From: Saccostrea echinata
Taxonomy: Eukaryota
Length of the DNA stretch: 64,000 nucleotides
Assembly (NCBI RefSeq): GCF_033153115.1
Contig: NW_026889764.1
Span: 12,834,001 to 12,898,000, forward strand
Reading direction: 5' to 3'
Both the position numbers and the translations under genes were made by a program. Positions 1 through 12,100 of the stretch are shown here, in pieces. Below the pieces are notes generated by a model, which had not been told where the DNA came from, searched no databases, and worked only from the letters and a program-made list of their open reading frames with translations. Within the stretch, counting starts at the first letter, position 1, and each line of letters begins with the position of its first letter.

Positions 1-394
1 AGTACCTTAACATGTGAAAATTTCAAATCCTATGATGAGGATGAAAGAAAACAAAGACAAGGCCAAGAAAAAATTTTTAAGTGCTCAAATTACTCTATGT
101 GCCAACTAATACTGGCATATATTTATTAATTATACATGTAATTGACATGAAATTTGGATGTCTTAATTTTTATTATTTTTTCTTTATCATTTCAGAAGCA
201 ATGCCGTCACTGTCAGGGAAATAAAGCCAGGATTATGTAAAAATTTGAAAAAATAAACTCAAGATTAATACTTGAGATTGTGTTCTTTGATTTCTTATTA
301 TTAAGTGATTAAAGGACAAGAGTACTATTTAGTTAAGTTTGCAATCCAAAGAAATACAAAATAATTAAATAATAAATGTAAGTGAGAAATAAAA

Positions 395-592
395 TTAACA
401 TATGTTTAACATATGAAAAACATATGAACATAAACATATGTTAACCATATGTTCATACAAAACATATAAGAAACATATGTTAAACATATGTAAAACATAT
501 GTTGCTCGTTTTTTATGGCGAACATATGTTTCAGAACATATGTTCAACGTATGTTCAACATATGTTAAACATACGTTGCAATTTTTCCTGTG
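395..592. mobile_element. Terminus of a CACTA/EnSpm-like non-autonomous element with AACATATGTT palindromic subterminal repeats
   Basis: Many copies of (aa)catatg(tt) ending in tttttcctgtg (CAC-type end on the other strand). The partner end is not in the window. Confidence 0.5.
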
Positions 593-1296
593 TAAACGAT
601 CTCTTCTTAACATTTACAATAACAGTCTAAGAAACTAAGGACTTCTGAACATTTCCCAGATACATGTACATTATGTAAAGATATGTTATATGGAACAGTC
701 TTCAATCCAAAGGTTGTATTTGGGTACTATTCACTCCTGCATTCCAATGCTTAAATGATTAACGAGATATTTTATAGAGTGCTTCTATTTTTGTCAGATC
801 TAGATTAGAGAAAGACCCCCCCCCCCCCCCCCCTCTCTCTCTACCATCTTCCCTACGAAAATTCTCAACAAATATTGTTTTCTTTTAAGCTTGATATTGT
901 GTAAATTAGATGAAATTCATTTCAATGATCATTGCAAAGAAAAAATATATACATGCAATCGTCATAAGAACCTTGAATACCGGACCTAACTACGTGGGTT
1001 AGAAGATGATTGTGCTTTTGACTGGCCATGGTCAGCAACAATCGGTTTTCGTGTGAAAGATAATAATATTCAGTGCTTGTAAAAATATTTTTTGAACATA
1101 CTGTATGTAGATATTGTTGAAACGAAAAACTAAAAAAAAAATATAATTGTAATTTAATGAATAAAGACAAGCGAGAAATAGAAAATGAAAAAAATGACCA
1201 TACTGAAATAATATAGCCTACTATGATGTCAACAATCAACTAAAATATCTACACATGAAAAGCAAAACATATATTTAAGTAGCTTAAGACAGTGTA

Positions 1297-1298
<2 letters not shown>

Positions 1299-1331
<33 letters not shown>

Positions 1332-1353
1332 TAGATAGATAGATAGATAGATA
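1299..1353. repeat. Compound microsatellite (AT)n(AGAT)n
   Basis: Read directly from sequence. Confidence 0.95.
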
Positions 1354-2389
1354 GTCCTACTTTATGTACTTTTAGTCAAATGTTTACTTATATACACTAT
1401 ATAACCACGAACATATACATGTAGTTACATTTTTTAAAGCCCGAGATAATAAGCACTGCCCCCAGATTTACTTGATCAATATACCCCCGTCAATCAAATT
1501 AAGGTCCATCATTAGGTGTTTGAAATTGATTGACATTTAGGTACTAGTCCCTGTGTATAACTTGTGCACCTTGTTTGACGCTCATGGTGATCATCTAATT
1601 AACTTTCGGTCTTTTGATGTTTACTACATATCTAACAGCGCGATAAAGAAGCCGCATCGATGTAATTTTTTAAGCTTGATTATAATTATCTGTAGTACAA
1701 AAACATGGAAAAAACTGATTCAGTAAAATAAATTCTGTATATTAACTTTTTGTTAAAAAAGTAATTTTCGATTCAACATACAATTTGATTGTAAAGTATA
1801 TAAGGGGCTGAAAAATTACGATAAATATAAAAAAAGAAGAAACCTGCGGACATGACGCTTTCTGTGAGGATGAAAACAAAAACGTCTGTTTAGTAACAAC
1901 TTCACCTGGACGAGGTATTTGGGGTCTCTCCTTTTTTTACTCAAAATTTCTTGCTACGTTGGTTGCCTCCTTACGGGATGTTAAAGATATTTCTTGGAAG
2001 AAATACATAGATTAACAATTAATATATATTTTGTTTTTAATTGTTTAATTATAATCTAAATTTGCTTAAATACATATATTTTAATTCTGTGAAAGCATCG
2101 TTCTCGCAATTTTTTCATCATAGGACACATTTACTAAAAATAAGACGACACGACTTTTCATACAAATAGGAATTTGAAGTAACTTCAATATTGTCCGTGA
2201 TCGGAACTCAAATACTACGACATTTTTTTTTACAATAATAACAGACAAGAATGAATATCTCACTTTTACAAATGCACTTAATGTATTAATTGATTTTAAC
2301 GATGAACTCAACTCATTGCTACAATGAAATAACTAGGTACATAGATTTTTTATGAAGAAAATCGGTGGTGTTTCTGTATGATGGATATT

Positions 2390-2545
2390 AGTTATATAAT
2401 GTCAATTAAATGGTTATCATTTATGCATCTCTTGCAATGATTTGTTTGTTTCTTTGAGGTTTTTATGTCAGTTAAAAGCTCTTAAGAACTTATGTTTATT
2501 GCTTTAAATTCCGAGATTAAATAAAATGTTTTGATTCTGATTCCG
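2390..2545 (+). mobile_element. 3' end fragment of a CR1/L2-like LINE
   Basis: aataaa followed by tgattctgattc tail; similar to the reverse-oriented LINE tail at ~26670-26760. Confidence 0.45.
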
Positions 2546-3150
2546 AGGTATCCTTTGAAAGAAATTCTTAGGAATAAAATCCTTATGAAAGATATAAGAT
2601 TGTATACAAAGTTTTACTTTTTTGCATTTTCTAAATGGTATTATTTCTTTTTAATCTATTGCATTACTGTAAAATAAATAAGCAAATAACTTTCTTCTGA
2701 TTAATTGAGCAGCAAACAAATGGTATGTATAGCACACTGATAGTATAAGTATGAAGTCATAGTCCAGTCCTGAAAGATTCTTATACTTTTATTTGTGCTT
2801 TATTGCCTTACTTTGATTTTCTAATTGTGATATATTCATTTGGAACACTGTTAAAATATTTTCAACAAATAAATCGATGTCTTTGTATATTTTTTTCAAT
2901 GTTGAATGAAAGTTCACGATATTTTTTTTTTGAAATGTATCCTGTGTATTAATTACGTGTTGAGCTAAGCTAGGCACACCTGAAATGCAATAGCTTAAGT
3001 CGAATCCTTCTGATCATATGACACTTTCCCGGGTATTGTGTCGCAAAATAACCGTTTTAAACCTATTTTATAACTGCTCAAGCAGAACAATTCATGATAT
3101 TTCAATTCTAAAAAGTGTGGATATGATAATGTAAATAAAGGATGTTTAAA

Positions 3151-6100
3151 ATGATGATCGCAAGACGTAAGTACAAACGTGTTTATATTCATCTGGAGTG
3201 TTTTCATATAAATTCCAGCTAAGAGAAAATTTAAGATCGGCTAGCTTTAAGTAGATATAATAAAAATTTATTAATAAACAAACGTCGTTATTGTAGGGTA
3301 TCCCACACTTTTAGCACGCTTGTTGGTACTCTTCACTCTTTCTACACTGGATATGAGATGTGTGTTGAGTAGCCTATTGAATGAGTATGTATGTTTATAT
3401 ATTGAGTTTATGTAAAATAGCTTTTTAAGGGGGCCGACTGGGATTTTCATTGCGCAATATTTTGCGCAGCATAGTAAAATAAAGCGTATTTACTCTTTTA
3501 AAGCAACTATGTTTAAATAATTTATAAAAATTAACAAATTTAGGAAATCTCAGGTTAAAAAATCTAATTAAGTTTTTAAATAACTGATTTTATAAACGAT
3601 TTTTCAAATGATGGGTAGATAGACGTCGTAATAGTATGTTTTTTGAGGTTATGAAAAACTGAAGTTCTTAAAGCGGGGTCATTAATTATGTCATGAAATA
3701 AAAAGTATAAAATAGATGCTCTTGAAATTTTTAAACATAGGAAATTGAGATTCTCAAAATCATTTTTACCATATTTTTATGTAAATCTGTGGTATCTGTC
3801 ATATTTTGTTGTACTCCATAAAAACAAGAAAATATCATGAATTTTGACATTTTGAGATGCCCCCTCTGGAAACCAGACGGTAGATTTTTGTTTTTCTTGC
3901 ATAAAATGTACAATATAGTATTACCCATCAAATAATATAATTTGAGGAAAAAGTCTACAGTAGCGTTTGTATAATTTGCTCCGAAGTGCTAAAAATGGAA
4001 TTTTTCCATATAATCCTACAGTAAATATACCTGTATTTTGAGATGGTCCCTAAAATAGAACCAGACGGTAGGTTTTCACTAAACTTGGCATATATACTGA
4101 AGTCAATGTAAGGTACTTATGGTATCAAATTAAAGAGTTTCTCTATAGTAGTTTTCACACAATAAAACCTCAGTCGGCTCCCTTAAATACTTTCTTAAAG
4201 CTATCTTTTTTGTGTAATCTAATTCATAATAACTGTAAATAAACACGTTTTACTTTCTATCGTAAAGTGTTCCCCCCTCCTCCCCAGAAAATATTTTTTT
4301 AGTGTAACATTTATTTGAAATATTGCATAAGTAATACATAAATTAATGTTATTTTTCTTCTTAAAGGACAATACCTCCTTATTTTTTATGATTTATGCAG
4401 TTTTTTTAAATGAATTTCAACGTTTTTACTTTGTTTACTTCCTGTTGTCTGCTATAATTCAAAATTAGTGCTTTTGAAAACAATGAGATACGTATAAGGA
4501 AGGAATTTTAAAACCAGTCATAATTTTTAAACACTGAGTAATCCACAATGTGATTTGTTTTCTGTGGAACAAAGCATGGGAAAAAAGAAGAATTTAGCAA
4601 ATAGAAACGGCTGGTCAATCTAGGAAAGTAACATTTACAAATAAAAGAGGCTTGGAAATATCGATAAAAATGAATGACTGATTAAAGTGAATAGGAGTTA
4701 GTTTTCTAGGCCTACCAGAACTTGCCTTTGTTAAATTTCTTTCTTCTTTTAAATTAAAGTGAAATATTAAATAAAAAGTTAAAGTCCATTCCTTGCACAC
4801 GTCTTAATAAGGCTTTCTAATTTTAGAAACACGAATTTTAAACAATAGAAGACGACATGAAGTATAAAAAGTTATAGGGAGATTATTCATAGAAACTTGA
4901 TATACCATAAGAAAGAAGAACTTGATACATCNNNNNNNNNNNNNNNNNNNNNNNNNNNNNNNNNNNNNNNNNNNNNNNNNNNNNNNNNNNNNNNNNNNNN
5001 NNNNNNNNNNNNNNNNNNNNNNNNNNNNNNNNNNNNNNNNNNNNNNNNNNNNNNNNNNNNNAGTGAATTATTTGAGCTTTCTGTTTAAAATTTTTTAACT
5101 TATGTTATGTTAGTTTAAGAGTTGTTGTAAAATGTGCTTCATAAATAAAATTAATTTCATTACAATGTACATCCTTTATTAAAACTGGTGTCCAAATAAA
5201 TACATCTAACTTCTATTCACAATGACAGTGTATTATAAAGGGTCTTTTGCATAGTTTTTGTTCTTCTATGCGACAATTATGTAATTATATAAACCCTGTT
5301 AAGTTAAATATACGTTGTAATTTAAAGGCAAACACTATCAGCTTTGCATTAAAGATTCAGAACATTTGGTAACTTGAGAACACACAAAATGACAATAGTT
5401 ACAACGAATGTCACGTTTTTAGAAGGCTGAATTAATAAATAAAACTTATCGGGCTTGATACTGTACTGAACTAGCCAGGAAGATAGACTGAAATTTAATA
5501 CATTTTCAACAGTGAATTTACACGATCAATATGTGCTGGTCCCAGCTGACAAAGCAAAATGATGGCAGTTTCAAATATCTTTAATATGCCCAACAAAACA
5601 AACTGAATTTGAATTGCGCTACTTATGCTTCATTCCTATACTTCATAAAAATTCTTACAAACAAAGATACATAGCGGGTTCCAGTAAATGTTCTTTCAAG
5701 CCCCTTTCTTCACTCCTCACTAAAATATTAACAACAGTGTATGAGAATCATCAGGAGTAATGCATATATTCGAGAAGTGGTGTAATTCAGTTGTGGATAC
5801 TTAAAATCTCCAAGGAAGTATTAGAAAATTTGAAATCACAAAATTTTACCAAAATCAGTAACATGAAAACGTATAAGTTTTCAACACATTATACAACCAT
5901 TCCCCACGATAAATTAAAGTCCAGGCTTTTTGACATCATAGACAGCTGCTTTTTCTTTTTGGAGATCAAGTCTTCCAACAAACTCTTGGAATTTCCATGG
6001 GTAACAAATTGTGTCTTTTTATAAGCATATTATTATTCTTATTCATATCAAGCACAATTTATTCAAAACCTTGCACATGAGAGTAAGAAAATATTTGCTG

Positions 6101-9100
6101 GGGCCTTCAGCTCGACATTAAGAAATATCGACGACGTATTATCAATAATTACTTCCATTCATATATCAACTCGATATATCCCAGTGAACTTAAAATAAGA
6201 TACCAAGAGTCTAACACATCTGTTTCAAATTTGAATATTTTAATAGAAAAAGACATTAATGGTAGTCTAACAACTAATTTATGATAAACGTGATGACTTC
6301 AACTCTTCTTTCTATCGTCAACTTACCTTATTTACATCTCAATATACCCTTATTACCTGCATATTGAGTTTATATCTCCCAGTTGAATCAATACGCAAGA
6401 GCATGCTCTACGTACGAACAAATTCTAAAACGAGGCAAGCTATTGACAAATAAGTTGATGAAACACTCGTTTGATGTCAGCATATCGCAAGTTCTTTCGG
6501 TTATCAACAAATACAATTTATCGTTAATTCAAATGCTGACTGACGTTTTAATTACTAATTGTTAGACCATTATTAACACACTGAACTGTCTACGGAATTT
6601 CCCGTTTGCCTGATCATGAACAGGAGCACACGGCGGGTTGACCGTTTACTCCATCATGGCATCTGATCCCACCTCTGATCCATTTAGAGGTTCGTGTTTG
6701 CTCTGCTCTCGATTTGTATTGTTTAATGGACTCTTGAGCTTAATTACTGTTCGTTTTCTCCTGATGACGAATAAGTGACGTGACGTCAGAGTTCTCTGCT
6801 AGATGCTATTAATATCCCCAATTATGAATGGAACTGATAAGTACTGTAAAAATCGCCAAGTGAACAAGGTGCATTATCGACCAGACCACAAATAATTATT
6901 TCACTTTGAAAAACAGATTTAATCTTTAATGGTTAATTCTCATTAATCATACCGTATAAGCAGAACTCTTAGCGAGGATTCTATTTTGGCATTTCAAGCG
7001 AGGATGTGGAGATCGCTAAAGTTGAATATCGTTGACTGTGCCTTCTGCGTAGGTGGTAACCATTATTTCAAGGCATCATAGAATTGCTAAAATTTCTTCT
7101 CACTAAAATTAAATACCGATTTTTGAGGACAAATCGCTAAATTTGTGTCTCGCCAAAAATTCCACTCCTACGGTAAAATATATTACTACAGTCTGAAAGA
7201 ATATCAGAAGTGCGGCCATATTCTTGATTTCCTTCCCTTTATGAAGATTGTAGTAAAAACACTCCCTGGCCTGTTATAAAATGCAGAGTTAATAAACTGT
7301 CCGGACAGAGATTGAAACTTCCAAAGTTTCTCCAAGTATGCTGTTTACAATGTATATATACAATTTTTCTAATCTCACATGTCGTCTCAACCGCTCAGTT
7401 AAGATGTCAGAGCCTATGGCACTGTAATACAAAAGGACAGAGGCAAAGCGAAATTCAAAGAATGAGAAAATTCAAATATTTTTTTGTCGTTGTTGTTCAC
7501 TTGTGCTTCGCACTCGTGAAAATTTCCAAAATTCCTGCCCCACTCCAGAAATAGATTCCATAACCAACATTTACAAAATATTGAATATCTTATATATGTA
7601 AGCAGGATTCTCCATCATTTCAAATTTAACTGTGGCGCAAGACTTACACGAAGTGCTAATATTCGCGGTCATTTCGAAATCTAATTCGCGAAGGAACCAC
7701 GAAAAAATTTGAAAAACACCACAACCTCAATGAATCAATAGTTTAATACACAAATGACATTTATTATTTGACAATTTGATTAATAAATTTAATAATAAAG
7801 GCAAATAATCGATATCAAGTAAATATAGTGTAAAACAAAATTGAGGTAGTTTCCAAAATATATACATACTGTAAAAAAGACACCCCACAGATAAGTACCT
7901 TTAAATAAACAAATATAAGCTTATAGAATCTGAAATTTAAAGTACAAATAACAAGTTATCAGCATTAAACCCGATTTTTTTTAATTAAAAAATAAGTTTA
8001 CAAAAGTTAAATTATACAGTGTTTACTAAAGTACACAGGAAATTCTATGAAGTCACACATTCACGCTAACATATTATATCATATTTGCAATTATCGATCT
8101 GAAGACTGAAATATCTAAGAAAAAATACGATTCAAAGAAGTACTAAAGGTCAAGATCTATTAAATGAAAAGTAATTACAGATTTCTTAAATTTGAGAAAC
8201 GAACTCCTTTAGTAATCCATCAAATTTATTGCTTAATAAATTAAGGTGTATTGGGACATAATTTTTAGGTAAATTCAATGAAAACATTTTATTTCTAAAC
8301 ATATTTCTGTTAAATAGCCGTAAGGAGGGGGAAAAGTAGTTTAAATTAAGTTTGACATTATAATGGATCTAGCACAAAAAAAAACAGTCTAAACTACTAT
8401 ATCTTGACCTTAAGCGGTTAAAAGTTATAATATTTTGGTGGATCTATCGGTAAGTTTTCAACATTACAAAAAACACATGATTACGATACACATACGACGT
8501 TAGACTCGCAATTCCAGTGCAATTTTAGAGACTTGGTTATCCGTAGATCTATTAAAGCCTGAATTAAATGATATTAAAAATTTCATTTGTAATTATCGTG
8601 AAGTGTGGAAAAATGGCTAGCAAGTGTCAAGCGAGGTCTAGAGGATAATTAATTATGCAAGCCAAACAATTAGAGTAAATTAACTGTTTAGCATTTGAAA
8701 CTGAAAAAAAACAGTTCGTGATTTGGAGGTTTGTTTGGTTTATAAATTTATATATTTATCTTACTGACGATCTTACTGTGGCGCTAATATTTTAACTGTG
8801 GCGGAACTATGGCGCTAATTTTTTACTGTGGTGCTAAGAAATTTAACTGTGGCGTTAAACGGCCCATGGAGAACCCTGTGTAAGACTACAAAGTTCGATT
8901 TTCACGCTAAAGCCCGATTGTCTCACTAAAGCCCGATGCTTCTGCACCGATCGGTGTCGGTGTCGATACGGACGCTAATGTCCGGTGGTCACGCCAAATA
9001 TTCCGATGGCTCGTTTCCTATGAGACTTAATGCGCTTAAGTGCAATGGTGCGGAGAAACAATCAACGTTTATATAATGTCACAATATTCCGACGTCAATC

Positions 9101-12100
9101 CTTGACGCCGTTGTCCGAATACCGACAGTGTAGTATAAGTCATAACATACGATTTGACCAATTTTGCTTACTGCTTGCATCTATTTGAGATTTTATTCAT
9201 CGCACACCACTCGACCGATAAAGATTAGTTCTTGCACAGTCTTGAGTGATTATGGGATAGCTTCACATCCACCGAAAAGATTAAGGGTTAGCCCTCGCAC
9301 ACTATTCGACAAAATAGAGTTAGTCTCGCACCCGCCAAAAAGATTTATACTATACCCTTGCTCACTATTCGACTGATTTGGGATAGTTTCGCACCCATCC
9401 GTGAGATAAGGGTTAGCCTCGCACCCACTCGAGAATTAGGGCTAATAGTACAATTATATATTTTTGCATATTCTAGTGAACCATTTCACAATAGTGATCA
9501 AATATTCATTTGTATTCATTTAAGGAGGAGAAGGGCCTTGAGCTGAAAAAATACTTGTCATTCAATTTTTTTTTATATTTTGTATATTTATTATTAAGTA
9601 TGTCCCACTAATCTTAAAGCAGTTATATCATTAGGTTTCTTACCTTATTTTGGAGATATTGATTGACAAATACCATGCCCTACAGTATCTAAGTGGAGTT
9701 TTAATTATCCATGTTTCCGGGCGCATTACTCTGTCCATAATGGGATTTTTTTAAGCATACATAAAAAATATCAAAGTGGACATGTATCTTTTAAAATATT
9801 TCAGAGTATAACTAGGATTTAAAATTCAAAAAAGCAAGTTTTGTCTATCACACTGCATCTGGATAGGGAAAATTACGCACTTTTTAAGACAACTTAAACA
9901 ATGAAAATCGTAATTTACAAAAAATTCTATCATTCAATATTTTTTAATTTACGTTGAAATGCAAATCCTTCAAATTATTGATTAACTGTAAAAGTTTCGA
10001 ATGATGAAGCTGACCTAAATATTGCACAGGACATCGTTAAAGACGACATAAGCAGGAAAAAAACTTGTCATGTTTACATTTCTCGAGTACGGGAAAAACC
10101 AACTATGACGTCACATGTAAGCTAAATAAGCAAATTAAGATATACCTACATAAGATTTCCGTCATCAGCCATGCAAAAATAATTTTGTGTTCCCCGTTTC
10201 TCCAAATACTTCATCATATACTGATTATGACCTGTTTGTACATACATGTAATAATACCGCCCCTCTGTTCACCGAGTATGATCTTGCTGTACTAACAGAT
10301 CGTGTATGACGTCACCGACTTGTTGGACGCACAGTTCAAAGAAACAGAGGAGTGGATCAATCTTTTTTCATAATTTGTCAATGTTTACAAGAATGCTAAA
10401 CTTATTATTTTTTATAATATAAGATGGTAATTAAAGATAAAAAATTGTCAAAAATTTATACAAGAACTGATGCTTTACACGTTTTGCACTCATATATATG
10501 GAGACTATGACGTAGTTTAACAAAGTCATGTGACCATGTGTACTTCATCCCCTTAAAACCATCGGACCTTGGCTTTTTGAGACATCAGCACAGAAGTACT
10601 ATGACGTCATAAACTTTAATTTTTTACGCATCTTCGGACTTTGCGTGTCAAACCATCGACTGATTGATTGTATGTTGTTTTACGTCCCGTTCGAGAATTT
10701 TTCACTCATATAGAGACGTCACCATATACCGCGGTGAAGGCAAGTTTAGACCTTTACTCGGCACTCAGGACTATTGGGCAGTGAGGTATCTTTATCGTGC
10801 CTACGCCTGCCATGACATGGGGCCTCGGTTGTTAAAGTCTCATCCGAAGGACTCGCAATTTTCACTTCAAATTGCCGAGTGCTTGGCGAAGGAACAGTTG
10901 CCACCTATTTTTTTATCGACCTAGGTCAGTCTCGGCCAGGGCTGGAACCCACGACCTTCCAATCACGGAGCGAGCGCTCTACCAAATGAGCTACCGTGAC
11001 GGTCTNNNNNNNNNNNNNNNNNNNNNNNNNNNNNNNNNNNNNNNNNNNNNNNNNNNNNNNNNNNNNNNNNNNNNNNNNNNNNNNNNNNNNNNNNNNNNNN
11101 NNNNNNNNNNNNNNNNNNNNNNNNNNNNNNNNNNNNNNNNNNNNNNNNNNNNNNNNNNNNNNNTTAAAGAATTGTGATTTTTCTTCCAATAGAATTGATT
11201 GTTTGGGGAAGATTTTAAGCCAATACCAAAGTCTTAATAGTTGTCCATGGGATATCAGTACGTTTTAATAATATAATTGATACAATTTTATTTCTACAGT
11301 GAATCAATGCTGAAAAATGTTTTATTTCTACAGTTTATCAATGCTGAAAAAATGTTAGGAATACCCATCAAATATTTTATTAGCAACTACATGTTCTGCT
11401 GTAACATGTAACAAAGTAAACTCGGAATGTGATGTACAGGATCAACGAGGCATCAATGTTTCAGTTACAGTGTACTTGTCAATGATTCCTTTCGTTCAAA
11501 ACCACAAGGTGATACAAACCTCATGGTGTCAATGCAAAAACGTTGCTTTTGTATGCAATCTTACTAGTAATATTCCAGGTAAGGGAATTAATAATTGATA
11601 AGTTAATTGGTCGTTAATAGACATTTGTCATTGTAGTAGCACTGACGAAAATGTACGTGTAACAAATAAATATTTGCTGTTTCCTTATAAGTACTAATGA
11701 AATAGAAAAAGTTTAGTTCAATTCAAAATTGCCTGTGATATCTTTGGGACAACCATTTGTAATATTTTAATGTTTGATATTCAATCATTTTAAAAACTTT
11801 TCTGAAGTATGTCTGCGGAGAAAACTGAAGTGTACAATACAATGCTTTTAAATGTTTTATGTATGCACTGAAAAATAAGGGGAAAGATCGATTACAGGTT
11901 ACATAAAGGATCGTGGTATCCTGTTTTTCATATACTGAGTGGAACCAAATCAGATATTTTTGTGTTTAATTATTGATACAGTGCAACTTGATAAACATTT
12001 ATTGATGAACAAGAAATTGTATATAGATAATCTATGTAGTTGTACTTAACTTTACTATCTTCTATCAGTTGTTCATTTTTCACGATAACTTCCTCCTACT

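Noticed and set aside
1-240. Exon-like segments at the window start
   Set aside because: Could not be joined into a credible frame; probably internal to the transposon ending at 592.
395-638. ORFs of 66-72 aa on both strands
   Set aside because: By-products of the AACATATGTT repeat array.
6758-6795. Hammerhead ribozyme (ctgatga) next to a PLE end
   Set aside because: No GAAA core or pairing stems could be found by eye.
10926-11004. tRNA gene
   Set aside because: A/B boxes continue into a SINE core and tail and recur in several copies; SINE head, not a tRNA gene.
10872-11268. ORFs spanning N runs (also 4897, 21440, 23576-23964)
   Set aside because: Length comes from assembly gaps; only the embedded exon parts are real.
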